Below are positions 29,099-38,790 of a DNA stretch of 64,000 bases, piece after piece. The notes beneath the pieces were generated by a model. That model worked only from the letters and a program-made list of their open reading frames with translations, was not told the origin of the DNA and ran no database searches. Within the stretch, counting starts at the first letter, position 1; each line of letters starts with the position of its first letter. The position numbers were made by a program, and so were the translations under genes. Source of the stretch: Candidatus Geohabitans tengchongensis (GTDB lineage: Bacteria; Sysuimicrobiota; Sysuimicrobiia; Sysuimicrobiales; Humicultoraceae). Location of the stretch: positions 169,272-233,271 of the forward strand of contig JAVKIH010000002.1 in assembly GCA_031459625.1 (NCBI GenBank). Reading direction: 5' to 3'.

Positions 29099-29136
29099 CC
29101 CGGTGGGGCGGCAGGGCGGCCGCGGCGCGAGGTCGG

Positions 29137-29970
29137 CTAACCGACGCGCTCGGTCGTCGGGCGCAGCTCCCGGAGGGTGGGCGGGCGGAAGTAGGCCCAC
29201 CCCACGAGCCCGAGGTAGCCCCCGTAGGCCACGACCTCCACCAGCGAGGGGTCGCCGTTGTAGCCGAAGAGCGCGGCCAGGAAACTCCCCAAGAGGGACC
29301 GTTCGTCCAGCACGGCGTTCGTGTTCCAGACGGGCTCCACGAGCGCCGGTACCAGGCCGGCCTCGTGGAACTCGTGAAGGCCGTGGGCGAGCAACCCGGC
29401 CGCGAAGAGGAGCAGCAGGATGCTGGTGACGTTGAAGAACGCCCGCAGGTTCAGCCGGTAGGTGCCGCGGTAGAGCAGGTAGCCCAGCACCGCCGCGGCC
29501 GCGAGGCCGAGCCCTCCGCCCAGCAGCGCCGCGGAGGCCGAGGCGGTCGTGATCGCCGCGATCATGAAGAGGACGGTCTCGAGCCCTTCCCGCCCCACCG
29601 CGACGAAGGCCAGCAGGCCCAGCGCCCACAGGGAGCCGGATTCCAGCGCCGTCTGCACCTGGGCCTGCAGGTGCGCCCGGATGCCGATGGCCTGACGCCG
29701 CATCCAGAAGATCATGTAGGCGAGGACGCCCGCGGCCGCCACCATGGTAGCGCCCTCGAAGATCTCCTCGGCGTGCCCCTCCAGGCCCCCAGCCGTGAGG
29801 AAGATCGCTACGCCGGCGGCCACGCTGAGCACGATGCTCGACACGGTCCCCAGCCAGACGGCGCCCGCCTTGTCCCGGTGTCCGGTCCTGGCCAGGTAGG
29901 CCAGGATGATGCCGAGGATCAGCGCCGCTTCCAGACCCTCCCGCAGGGTGATCAGCAGAGACGAAGCCAT
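29137..29970 (-). CDS. FTR1/EfeU family iron permease
   Basis: Two REGLE motifs (REGLEAAL, REGLETVL); multiple TM helices. Confidence 0.93.
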   Translation of the reverse strand: MASSLLITLREGLEAALILGIILAYLARTGHRDKAGAVWLGTVSSIVLSVAAGVAIFLTAGGLEGHAEEIFEGATMVAAAGVLAYMIFWMRRQAIGIRAHLQAQVQTALESGSLWALGLLAFVAVGREGLETVLFMIAAITTASASAALLGGGLGLAAAAVLGYLLYRGTYRLNLRAFFNVTSILLLLFAAGLLAHGLHEFHEAGLVPALVEPVWNTNAVLDERSLLGSFLAALFGYNGDPSLVEVVAYGGYLGLVGWAYFRPPTLRELRPTTERVG

Positions 29971-30191
29971 CGCTGCTCCTCTCCTGGGCCCGCGCGCGGG
30001 CTCGTGGGCCGGCGCGCGGGCTCGACGTGCCGGGGCCCGGGTGTCACGCCGCGGGTAGGCTACCTCGGTGCGTGCGGCGACAACAAGGGGATTGCCGAAC
30101 AATCGTTGTTACCAGCCAACAGGAGATGCGTCGGCCTGCGTGCGGGTCTCCGCTCTCCAGGGTGGTGCAGGAACCAGGCCAGCGGGGCGCC

Positions 30192-30530
30192 TCAACCGCG
30201 GCCCCCCCGCCCCGGGCGCACACCCAGACGGGTGAGCACCAGGCGGTAGCCGTCGGCGCCGTACTCCAGGAAGCGGCGCACACGGCTGATGGTGGCGCTG
30301 CTGGCCCCCGTGCGCGCCGCCACCTCCTGGTAGGTCCGTCCCTCGAAGAGGAGGCGGGCGATCTCCAGGCGCTGCGCCATCGCCTTGAACTCGCCGATGG
30401 TGGCGACGTCCTCGAAGAACCGGTAGCACTCCTCCACGGAGGTGAGGGTGAGCACCGCCTGGCAGAACCGGTCGGCCAGCGGGTCCTTCAGGCGCGGGTT
30501 GATGGGACGCCGGGGGCGTGGCACGGCCAT
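30192..30530 (-). CDS. YerC/YecD TrpR-related repressor (HisR-like)
   Basis: EECYRFFEDVAT..E..AMAQRL, TYQEV...TGASSATISRV.R.L.YG.DGY. Confidence 0.92.
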   Translation of the reverse strand: MAVPRPRRPINPRLKDPLADRFCQAVLTLTSVEECYRFFEDVATIGEFKAMAQRLEIARLLFEGRTYQEVAARTGASSATISRVRRFLEYGADGYRLVLTRLGVRPGRGGRG

Positions 30531-30648
30531 GGCTGCTGCCTGCTTCCCCGGCCTCGGCGCATCCTCCTGCGCCCGCTGAGGCCTGGACCCCCGGCATCAC
30601 GCGGCCCATGGTGCCCGCGGATGAGCAGGCCCTTCGGCGTGCGTCCCC

Positions 30649-31218
30649 TCAGTCCTCGAAGAGGGGCTTCAGCTCCAGCTCAAAGCCCGGGAGCTCCGGA
30701 TCCAGTGGAACACGCGCGGGCTCGCGACTGACCTCAGGCGCGCGGCCCGGGCGGTGAACCTCCACCGTTCGCGTGTAGGGGTCCACCAGCACGGCCACCC
30801 GCGCGCCGTTCCTCAGGTAGGCCTGCAGCTTCTCACGCACCTCTTCGGCGTCCTGCCCCCGTGAGCGGAGTTCAAAGACCGCGTCCGGGCACAGGGGCAC
30901 GAACCCCTCCCGTTCCTGCCGGGTCAGGACCTCCCACCGCTCTCGGGACACCCAGGATGCGTCGGGAGAGAACAGCGCCCCGTCGGGAAGCCGAAATCCC
31001 GTGGAGGAGTCGAAGACGACACCGGTCCGGGTCCGCTCATTCCACCCCTGGAGCTGGTAGCCCAAGTTCACGCTGCGCCGCCCATGCTCTCCTCCCGGAG
31101 GGCTCACCACCAGCCTCCCGTCCGCGGTGCGCTCAAACTGATACCCCGGGTTCCGCTCCGAGAGCCGCAACAGCTCCTCGTCCGTTACCGCCCGCAGCAG
31201 GTCGATCCGAACCACCAC
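30649..31218 (-). CDS. Uma2 (DUF820) family endonuclease-like protein
   Basis: FERTADGRLVVSPP, FDSSTGFRLPDGA..SPDASW, CPDAVFELRS, Y..NGAR...VDP. Confidence 0.93.
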   Translation of the reverse strand: MVVRIDLLRAVTDEELLRLSERNPGYQFERTADGRLVVSPPGGEHGRRSVNLGYQLQGWNERTRTGVVFDSSTGFRLPDGALFSPDASWVSRERWEVLTRQEREGFVPLCPDAVFELRSRGQDAEEVREKLQAYLRNGARVAVLVDPYTRTVEVHRPGRAPEVSREPARVPLDPELPGFELELKPLFED

Positions 31219-31315
31219 GGAAGACCTCCTCCCGGGCTCCGGAGAGCTCCGGAGAGATTGTAGCGTGCCGGCGAGACGATCCGGCCGCGACGGCGCCCTT
31301 CCTCCGGAACCCGGA

Positions 31316-32305
31316 TCAGTCGGGGATGTAGACCTCGTTGGCGCCGCTGAACGACCCGCCCGGGCGCGGCCCGCCGCTGAGGGCGTAGACGCGCCCCTCC
31401 AGCGCCACCGCGGCCAGCCCGTGGCGCGGCGTGGGCATGGGCGCGCGGGGGGTCCAGCTCCCCGTGCGCGTGTCGAACTCCTCGTTCTCGGGGTAGGTGG
31501 TGGGCCGGCCCAGTTCCCCGCCCATGACGAAGACGCGGGGACCCACCGCAGCCGCACCGTACCCGCTGCGCGGCGTCGGCATCGGTGCCGCCATGCGCCA
31601 GGTGTCGGCGGCCGGGTCGTAGACCTCGGTGACCGGCAGGTTCCGCCCACTCCGCCGTCCGCCGAAGGCATAGACCCTCCCATCCACCGCCACGGCCCCC
31701 AGGTGGTCGCGCGCCACGGCCATGGGGGCGAGCGCTCGCCACCGGTCCTGGTCCGGATCGTACAGCTCGACGGCCGTCACGTCGCCTCCCGGCCCCACGC
31801 CGCCCACGGCGATGATGCGCCCGTCCACGACCGCTGCGGCGAGCGCCCCGCGCGGGGTCGGCAGCGGCGCGCGCTGCCGCCAGCGGTCCTGTGCGGGGTC
31901 GTACTCGAAGACGGCGGCGAGCGGTGTCCAGCGCGCGTCGAACCCGCCGATGACGTAGAGCCGGCCGCCGACGGCGGCCGCGGCGGCGTGGTGCACGGCG
32001 ATGGGCAGGGAGGTCCGGGGGTGCCAGGTGTTCGCGGCGGGATCGTACTCCTCCACCGCCCCCGTCACCCCGCCCGGGACCAGACCGCCAATGACGTAGA
32101 TCCGCCCGCCCAGCGCGGCCCCCGCCACCTCGGTGCGCTCTGAGGGCATCCGTGCCCGGGACTCCCAGCGTCCCGCACCGGGGGCAGCCCGCAGCGGGAC
32201 CGCCTGCGTGCTGAGGAGCGCCAGGACGGTCAGGAAGGCCAGGGCAGGGGCAGGCGGGGTGGAGACGGGGCGGAGGGCCTGACCGGGCGAGATGCGCGCC
32301 ATCAC
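31316..32305 (-). CDS. Secreted Kelch-repeat protein
   Basis: About six repeats of IYVIGG...EYDP...W; N-terminal signal-like segment. Confidence 0.92.
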   Translation of the reverse strand: MMARISPGQALRPVSTPPAPALAFLTVLALLSTQAVPLRAAPGAGRWESRARMPSERTEVAGAALGGRIYVIGGLVPGGVTGAVEEYDPAANTWHPRTSLPIAVHHAAAAAVGGRLYVIGGFDARWTPLAAVFEYDPAQDRWRQRAPLPTPRGALAAAVVDGRIIAVGGVGPGGDVTAVELYDPDQDRWRALAPMAVARDHLGAVAVDGRVYAFGGRRSGRNLPVTEVYDPAADTWRMAAPMPTPRSGYGAAAVGPRVFVMGGELGRPTTYPENEEFDTRTGSWTPRAPMPTPRHGLAAVALEGRVYALSGGPRPGGSFSGANEVYIPD

Positions 32306-32371
32306 CCGCGCAGGCGAGCGGGACGCAGGGACGGCCGGACCTTCATCGGTTGAGCACGGGTTGGGCGACGC

Positions 32372-32848
32372 TCAGGTGCGCACGGCCCGGCGCGGCTGGT
32401 TGACGCGCGCGGTCCGGCGCGGCTTGGAGGGCGCGCCGTCGAGGCGGGCGGGCAGCGTCTCCTCCCAGGTGACGATGCTGTGGAAGAAGACGCGGTCGCC
32501 CTCCTCCAGGCCGCGCGTCACCTCGGTGATGTGGACACTCGTGGCGCCAAACTCCTTCAGCGCGTACTCCACGGCGGCCTCGGGCTTGGCCTCGTTCCCA
32601 CAGGTGAAGATGTCCAGCGCCACGTAGCGGAGCTCGGGCCAGGTGTGCACGGAGAGGTGCGACTCGGAGATCACGACGACGCCGGAGACGCCGTTCGGGT
32701 TGAACCGGTGGAAGGAGATCGCCCAGACCTGGACCCGAGCCGCCTCGGCGGCGCGCACCAGGATCTGCTCCACGCGCTCGACGCTCCCGATGACCTCCGG
32801 GGTGCAGCCGGAGGCCTCGACGATGTAGTGGTGACCCACGGCGTCCAC
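32372..32848 (-). CDS. speD: Pyruvoyl-dependent S-adenosylmethionine decarboxylase-like proenzyme
   Basis: HRFNPNGVSGVVVISESHLSVHTWPE (ES cleavage site), DIFTCG; GTG 32848 after GGAGGTG. Confidence 0.85.
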   Translation of the reverse strand: MDAVGHHYIVEASGCTPEVIGSVERVEQILVRAAEAARVQVWAISFHRFNPNGVSGVVVISESHLSVHTWPELRYVALDIFTCGNEAKPEAAVEYALKEFGATSVHITEVTRGLEEGDRVFFHSIVTWEETLPARLDGAPSKPRRTARVNQPRRAVRT

Positions 32849-33039
32849 TGGTCCCACCTCCCCCCGAACCGCAGCAGCGGTGTGCTCCCGGCGACGCGCA
32901 GTGCGCCGGCCTTCCATGACGGCGTGGAGTATAACACCCCCCCTCCCCCTGTCAACGCGACGGCTGGCATGAACCCCGGAGGCCGCTCGGACGTTTCACC
33001 GGCGGCGAGGCATCGAGGCTCGCCGGAGGGGTGAGGACC

Positions 33040-33750
33040 ATGCGACGGACCTGGCTGGTGGGCGTGACCGCGCTCGTCCTGCTGCCGCTCCTGGCCGCAG
33101 CGGCCCCACGGGCCCATGGGCAGGGAGGGGCGCCACCACCCGACCGCAACGAGATCGTCACCCGCGGCACGGGACAGGTGGAGGTCCCGCCCACACAGGC
33201 CAGCGTGGAGGTGGGCGTCGAGGTGCAGCGCCCCACCGCCGCCGACGCCGCTACGGCGGTGGCGCGCACCGCCGAGCGCATCATCACCCGGCTGGCGGGA
33301 TTGGGCATGGCGCGGTCGGCCGTCCGGACCTCCGGGGTGCAGCTCACCCCGGTCTACACCACACCCCGAGAGGGCGCACCGCAGCTCGCCGGCTACCGGG
33401 CGGTCTACACCCTCAGCGTGGTGGTCACCGACCTGGCCCTGGCCGGGCGGGTCCTCGACGAGGCGGTGCGCGGCGGCGCCACCACGATCCTCGGGGTCAC
33501 CTTCGGGCTGCGGGACCCGTCGGCGGCGCGCCGGGAGGCGCTGGGCGCGGCGGTGCGGGAGGCGCGCGAGAAGGCCGAGGCCATCGCCCGTGCCGCGGGG
33601 GTGCAGATTCGGGGCGTGGAGCGGATCATCGAGGAGGGCGTGGAGGTCCCGGTCCGGGCGATGGAGCGCCTGGCTCTCGGTGCGCCGATGCCGGTGGAGG
33701 GCGGGCTGCTCACCGTCACGGCGCGCGTGACGATGGTCTTCCGGTACTGA
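33040..33750 (+). CDS. SIMPL (DUF541) domain protein
   Basis: Signal peptide; GTGQVEVPP, GYRA, AVREAREKAEAIA, VTARVTMVF. Confidence 0.9.
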   Translation: MRRTWLVGVTALVLLPLLAAAAPRAHGQGGAPPPDRNEIVTRGTGQVEVPPTQASVEVGVEVQRPTAADAATAVARTAERIITRLAGLGMARSAVRTSGVQLTPVYTTPREGAPQLAGYRAVYTLSVVVTDLALAGRVLDEAVRGGATTILGVTFGLRDPSAARREALGAAVREAREKAEAIARAAGVQIRGVERIIEEGVEVPVRAMERLALGAPMPVEGGLLTVTARVTMVFRY

Positions 33751-33768
33751 GGGCGCCCGGGGGGCGCC

Positions 33769-34299
33769 TCAGGCGCCCCCCGGCGGGCGTGCCATCGCCT
33801 CGGGCAGGCGCACCGCCACTGCGCGGGCCCGGGCCGTGACGACACCGGCCGCCCGCAGCTCCGCCTCCACCACCACTTTGCGGTCGGTGACCTCCGTCGC
33901 CCGCCCGCGCAGCTCCAGCTCGGGACCGAGCGGCGTCGGCTTGAGGTAGTCGACCTGCAGCGACGCCGTGACGAAGCGCGCGACGGGTCCGTCGCCGAGC
34001 CGCTGCCCGGCCTGCGTTGCCGCCGCCGCGGCTGCGGTGGCGGTGCTGTGGCAGTCGAACAGCGAGGCGATGAGCCCGCCGTAGACGAACCCGGGGACGG
34101 CGACGTGGTGCGGCGCCGGGGTGAAACGGGTGCGGCTCTCCCGCCCGTCCCAGTAGGTCTTCAGGTGATAGCCCTGCGGGTTGAGGCGCCCGCACCCGTA
34201 GCAGTGGGCGAAGTCGTCCGGGTAGCAGTCCTGGACGGCAGGGCCCAGGGGCCCGCACGCTCCTGCCGTCATCGCGCCCGGACCGGTCCCCGTGGTCAC
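33769..34299 (-). CDS. PaaI-family hotdog thioesterase
   Basis: CYGCG..NP.G, YGGLIASLFDCH, VTASLQVDYLKPTP; alternative start at 34272. Confidence 0.88.
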   Translation of the reverse strand: MTTGTGPGAMTAGACGPLGPAVQDCYPDDFAHCYGCGRLNPQGYHLKTYWDGRESRTRFTPAPHHVAVPGFVYGGLIASLFDCHSTATAAAAAATQAGQRLGDGPVARFVTASLQVDYLKPTPLGPELELRGRATEVTDRKVVVEAELRAAGVVTARARAVAVRLPEAMARPPGGA

Positions 34300-34321
34300 T
34301 GCGGGGCGCCCGCTGCCGCCA

Positions 34322-35140
34322 TCACCGCCTCGGCACTCTCCGCTGCTCCCGCAGGGCCTGCAGGACGGGGATGGCGGCGATCTGCGCCGGTATGAGGTGG
34401 CTCCAGAGCACCCCGCGCGGGCGACGCGGGCGGGCGGGGCGGATCACCGCGTCCGGCGTGACGATGAGGTCGACGCGAAAGTCGTGCGCCGTCTCCGGCA
34501 GGGGCTGGTCCACGACCTGCAGCGGGTGCACCGTCGTGGCGATGACGGTCTGCCGGTCGACGAGCCCCGCGGTGACGAGCAGGCCGAACTCGAGGTCGGA
34601 GTACCCGCCGCCCTTCCCCACTCGCGCGCCCCGGCGGTCCACGGCCACACTCCCGCAGACGATCAGGTCGATGCGCTCCATCTGCTCCACCCACACGGGT
34701 CGGCCCCAGCGAAACGCTCCCCGAATCGAGGCGGCCTGCCGGGGCGCGACGGTGAGCCGACGCGGGTCCAGTTGGACGAAGGGCTCGGGCGCCGCCAGCC
34801 GCGGGACGGCCATGTAGAGCACCTTGCCCTCGGCCAGCGCCCGGGCCCGCACGGGCAGCTGCGGGCTGTCGGGATTGGCCTTGACGACGCGGGCCGCCTG
34901 CCATTCGGGCGTGGCGGCCAGCCGCTCCGCCGCCGCCTCCGCCCCGACGAAGTTGGGGATGCGGCCAGGCGCGCCGGGGAAGCGGACTACCCCGCGGTCC
35001 TCCAGCAGGCGCCACAACCGCTCCCGCACGGCCGCCTTCGCGGCGTCTGCGGCCTGGGGGGGCGGGGCATCACCTGGCTGCGTGCCCCTGGAAGGATGGT
35101 GCGGGGCGGCGGTGCGCCGGGTGCGGCGGGCGGCCCTCAC
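34322..35140 (-). CDS. 5-formyltetrahydrofolate cyclo-ligase paralogue (MTHFSD/COG0212 type)
   Basis: GRIPNFVGA, KANPDSPQ, GSVAV...GARVGKGGGYSDLE, TTVH..Q, HDF.VD.IVTP; GTG overlaps the upstream stop. Confidence 0.9.
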   Translation of the reverse strand: MRAARRTRRTAAPHHPSRGTQPGDAPPPQAADAAKAAVRERLWRLLEDRGVVRFPGAPGRIPNFVGAEAAAERLAATPEWQAARVVKANPDSPQLPVRARALAEGKVLYMAVPRLAAPEPFVQLDPRRLTVAPRQAASIRGAFRWGRPVWVEQMERIDLIVCGSVAVDRRGARVGKGGGYSDLEFGLLVTAGLVDRQTVIATTVHPLQVVDQPLPETAHDFRVDLIVTPDAVIRPARPRRPRGVLWSHLIPAQIAAIPVLQALREQRRVPRR

Positions 35141-36066
35141 GGGCCCGACAGGCGCAGGCGTGGGTCGAGGGCGTCGCGGATGGCGTCGCCCAGCAGGTTG
35201 AAGCCCAGCACCGTGACCATGATGGCCAGTCCCGGGAAGACCACCGTGTGCGGGGCCAGCCGCAGGTACTGACGCGCGCTGCTCAGCATCGCTCCCCACT
35301 CCGCCGCCGGGGGCTGCGCGCCTAGCCCCAGGAAGCCCAACGCCGCCGCCGAGAGGATCGCGCCGGCGATCTGCAGCGTCGCCTGCACGATGATCACCGC
35401 CAGCGTGTTGGGGAGGACATGCCGGGCCAGGATGCGCACCGGGGTGGCCCCCAGAGCCCGCGCCGCTTCCACGAACTCCTGGGCCCGCAGGGAGAGGACC
35501 TGACCGCGCACCAGGCGGGCATAAGTGGGGACGCTCACGATGCCCACCGCCACCATCACCTGCACGAGCCCCACCCCCAGGATGGCCACGAGGATGATGG
35601 CCAGCAGGATCCCCGGGAAGGCCAGCATCACGTCCACCACCCGCTGCACGATCAGGTCGGTCCACCCGCCGAAGTAGCCGGAGAGCGCGCCGAGCGGCAC
35701 CCCGGCACTGACTCCGATGGCGACGGCGATCACCCCGATGAGGAGCGAGAGGCGGGCGCCGTAGATCAGGCGGCTCAATACGTCCCGGCCCAGCTCGTCC
35801 CGACCGAGCAGCGCTGACCGTCCCGGCGGCTCCAGGCTGCGCTCCAGCGCCGGCTCGTAGGGGTCCTCGGGGGCGAGCAGGGGCGCCAGCAGCCCGGTCA
35901 CCAGGAAGACCAGCAGGATGATCCCCCCGGCCAGCCCGGCCCGGTTGCGGACGAGCTGGCGCCAGACCGCCGCCCCCCGCGTGACGCGACCCCAGCGCAC
36001 TGCCGGGACGGACCCGGTGGCGGGCAGCCGGACGGCGCGGACGGTGCGCACTGAGGGGTCACTCAT
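35137..36066 (-). CDS. Peptide/nickel ABC permease (DppC-like)
   Basis: LGRDELGRDVLSRL, EFVEAARALGA, HVLPN, FNLLGDAIRDALDP. Confidence 0.95.
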   Translation of the reverse strand: MSDPSVRTVRAVRLPATGSVPAVRWGRVTRGAAVWRQLVRNRAGLAGGIILLVFLVTGLLAPLLAPEDPYEPALERSLEPPGRSALLGRDELGRDVLSRLIYGARLSLLIGVIAVAIGVSAGVPLGALSGYFGGWTDLIVQRVVDVMLAFPGILLAIILVAILGVGLVQVMVAVGIVSVPTYARLVRGQVLSLRAQEFVEAARALGATPVRILARHVLPNTLAVIIVQATLQIAGAILSAAALGFLGLGAQPPAAEWGAMLSSARQYLRLAPHTVVFPGLAIMVTVLGFNLLGDAIRDALDPRLRLSGP

Positions 36067-36979
36067 AGCGGATGCGCGGGTCCACCAGCGCGTAGAGCAA
36101 GTCCACCACCAGATTCACCAGGACGAAGGAGAGGGCCACGAGCAGCACCGCCCCCTGCACCACCGGGTAGTCGCGGTTCAGCGTGGCGTCCACCATGAGA
36201 CGGCCGATCCCCGACCAGGCGAAGACGCTCTCCGTGAGCACGGCCCCGCTCAGCAGCGTCCCCGTCTGCAGCCCCACGACGGTGATGACCGGGATGAGCG
36301 CGTTGCACAGGGCGTGACGGTTGATGACGACGCGCTCCGCCAGCCCCTTGGCCCGGGCGGTGCGGATGTAGTCGGCGCGCAGCACCTCCAGCATGGCCGA
36401 CCGGGTCATGCGCGCGATGATCGCCGCCGAGGTGAAGCCCAGCGCGGCGGCCGGCAGGACCAGGTGGGCCAGGGAGTCGCTCCCCACCGCCGGCAGCCAG
36501 TTGAGCCAGACCGCGAAGACCAGGATGAGCATGAGGCCGGACCAGTAGATGGGCATGGAGAGCCCGGCGAGCGCCACCACCATCACGGCGGTGTCGACGA
36601 GGGAGTAGGGGCGGACGGCCGAGACCACCCCGGCGGTGACGCCCACGGTGGTCGCCACCAGCATTCCCGCAGCGGCCAAGCGCAGCGTGTTGGGGATCCG
36701 GTGGGCCAGCTCCTCGGTGACGGGGGCCCGGGAGCGGACCGACCGACCCAGGTCCCCCCGCAGCAGCCCGGCCATGAAGTCGGCGAACTGGACCAGCAGC
36801 GGCCGGTCCAACCCGAGATCCCGGCGGATGCCCTCGACCAGCTCGCGGGTGGCCTGCTGCCCGGCCATGATCTGGGCCGGGTCGCCCGGCACGATGCGGA
36901 CCATGACGAAGACGACGAAGGCCACCCCGAACAGGACGGGGACGGTCAGCAGGAGGCGCTTGACGATGTACCGCCACAT
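36059..36979 (-). CDS. Peptide/nickel ABC permease (DppB-like)
   Basis: RYIVKRL, PGDPA, DYIRTARAKG, ESVFAW, RDYPVVQG, DPRIRY. Confidence 0.95.
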   Translation of the reverse strand: MWRYIVKRLLLTVPVLFGVAFVVFVMVRIVPGDPAQIMAGQQATRELVEGIRRDLGLDRPLLVQFADFMAGLLRGDLGRSVRSRAPVTEELAHRIPNTLRLAAAGMLVATTVGVTAGVVSAVRPYSLVDTAVMVVALAGLSMPIYWSGLMLILVFAVWLNWLPAVGSDSLAHLVLPAAALGFTSAAIIARMTRSAMLEVLRADYIRTARAKGLAERVVINRHALCNALIPVITVVGLQTGTLLSGAVLTESVFAWSGIGRLMVDATLNRDYPVVQGAVLLVALSFVLVNLVVDLLYALVDPRIRYE

Positions 36980-37023
36980 CGCCCTAACAACGACATATCT
37001 CCGTTGTCAGGCCCCGGAGACCA

Positions 37024-37052
37024 GCGGGGGCGGGGTCACCCCCCGCCCCCGC
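37024..37052. terminator. Intercistronic stem-loop after the SBP gene
   Basis: GCGGGGGCGGGG-N5-CCCCGCCCCCGC inverted repeat between the SBP and permease genes. Confidence 0.5.
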
Positions 37053-37075
37053 TCCCTGCCGGTGCCCGCCGGCAG

Positions 37076-38623
37076 TCAACGGCGGAAGAAACCCTGCATG
37101 GCCACCAGCCGCTCCGCCGGGTGCATGTAGACGTTCTGCACCTCGGCCCGGTAGGCGGTGACCTGCGACTCGCTGTGGAGGAAGATCCAGGGCGCGTCCT
37201 CCATGATGAGCGCCATCGCCTCGCGGTAGATCCGGTTCCGCTCCGCCTGGTCGAGCGTGGTGCGGCCCCGGTCGAGGAGCGCGTCCACCTGGGGGTTGCG
37301 GTAGAAGCCCCGGTTGAAGCCGGCCGGCGGCCACTGGCTGGAGTGGAAGAGGTTGTACAGCCCGTAGTCGGCGTCGCCGGTCACCGTCCCCCACCCCAGC
37401 ATGTACATCTGGTGGGTGGCCTCGGCCTGGGGCTTGTTCGTGAAGGCGACGAGGGAGCCGATGTCCATGGGCACGAGCTCGACCTCGACGCCGACGCGGC
37501 GCAGCAGGCCCTGGATGGCCGCGGCAATCTCGGCGTCCCGGATGTAGCGCGCCACCGGGTGGTGGAGGGTGGCCCGGAAGCCGTTGGGGTAGCCGGCCTC
37601 GGCCAGGAGCTGGCGGGCCCGCTCCACGTTGTACTCGTAGGTCATGATCCTGGCGTAGCCGGCCACACCGGGCGCGATGGGCGCGTCGGAGACGCGTGCC
37701 GTCCCGCCGAGGATGGCCCGGACGATCGCCTCCTTGTTGATGGCGTAGTTCAGCGCCTGCCGGACGCGGCGGTTGTTGAAAGGCGGGCGGGTGACGTTGA
37801 AGCCGATGAAGATCGTCCGCAGGCTCGTCTGCACCTCCACCCGCAGCGCCCGGTTGGCGCGCAACCGCTCCACGTCGCGCGGCGGGACGCGCTTGGCGAT
37901 GTGCACCGCCCCGCTCTCCACGGCGGCCACGCGGGCGCCGTCGTCGGGGATGACGCGCCACTGGATCGCGTCGAAGTGCCCCTTCTCGCCCCAGTACTCC
38001 TCAAAGCGGGTCACGGTGATGCGGTCGCCGCGGACCCACTCCCGGAAGCGGTAGGGGCCCGTGCCCACGGGGTTGCGGGCGTACTCGTCCGGCCCCAGGC
38101 GCTCGATGGCGGTGGGACTCTGCATGCAGACCCCGCCGTGAGTGAGGTTGAGGACGAGTGGGGCGAACGGAGCGTTGGTGAGCAGGACGAGCGTGTTCGC
38201 ATCCAGGGCCACGACCTGCGTCACCCGGTCGATCAGCGATCGGAACGATGCCCGGGTGGCGGGGTCGAGCACCCGGTCGAGGTTCCACTTGGCCGCCTGC
38301 GCGTTGAAGGGCGTGCCGTCATGGAAGCGCACGGTGGGGCGCAGCCGGATGGTCAGCCGGCGCCCGTCGGGGGAGAAGGTGAAGGCCGTGGCCAGCCGCG
38401 GCTCCACGCGGCCTTCCGGGCTGAGCCAGAAGAGCGTCTCGCAGATGTGCTCCATGCGCTCGGCTGTGGGCGAGTCGGTGTAGCGGTGGCCGTCTAGCGT
38501 GGTGGCGTCGCTCCCCTCGGCGATGATCAAGGTACCGCCGCGGGCGGGCGCGGGAGCGGCTCCCGCGACGGCACCGGCCGCCAGCATCGCGAACGCGAGC
38601 AGACAGACCGCGAGTACTCTCAT
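37076..38623 (-). CDS. Family 5 ABC substrate-binding protein (GsiB/DppA-like)
   Basis: Signal peptide; VRFHDGTPFNA, PVGTGPY, VRQALNYAINK, DAPWIFL. Confidence 0.93.
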   Translation of the reverse strand: MRVLAVCLLAFAMLAAGAVAGAAPAPARGGTLIIAEGSDATTLDGHRYTDSPTAERMEHICETLFWLSPEGRVEPRLATAFTFSPDGRRLTIRLRPTVRFHDGTPFNAQAAKWNLDRVLDPATRASFRSLIDRVTQVVALDANTLVLLTNAPFAPLVLNLTHGGVCMQSPTAIERLGPDEYARNPVGTGPYRFREWVRGDRITVTRFEEYWGEKGHFDAIQWRVIPDDGARVAAVESGAVHIAKRVPPRDVERLRANRALRVEVQTSLRTIFIGFNVTRPPFNNRRVRQALNYAINKEAIVRAILGGTARVSDAPIAPGVAGYARIMTYEYNVERARQLLAEAGYPNGFRATLHHPVARYIRDAEIAAAIQGLLRRVGVEVELVPMDIGSLVAFTNKPQAEATHQMYMLGWGTVTGDADYGLYNLFHSSQWPPAGFNRGFYRNPQVDALLDRGRTTLDQAERNRIYREAMALIMEDAPWIFLHSESQVTAYRAEVQNVYMHPAERLVAMQGFFRR

Positions 38624-38790
38624 CCCGACCGATTCCTCCCCGTCGCCCGGCCCCGGCCGGGGCGGGCACTCACGATCGATACGTTGGGTCCCTGCCGTGA
38701 GGTGAACCCAGCCTGGCTTGTTCGCCTGCCAGGGCGACTTCCCCTCTTGACGCCCGGGCCGCGAGGTCCGGTCGCGTCGGCACTGGGGCC

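Noticed and set aside
30649..31218. Uma2 as part of a defence island
   Set aside because: Solitary gene with no methylase, ATPase or mobility genes nearby; such paralogues are common
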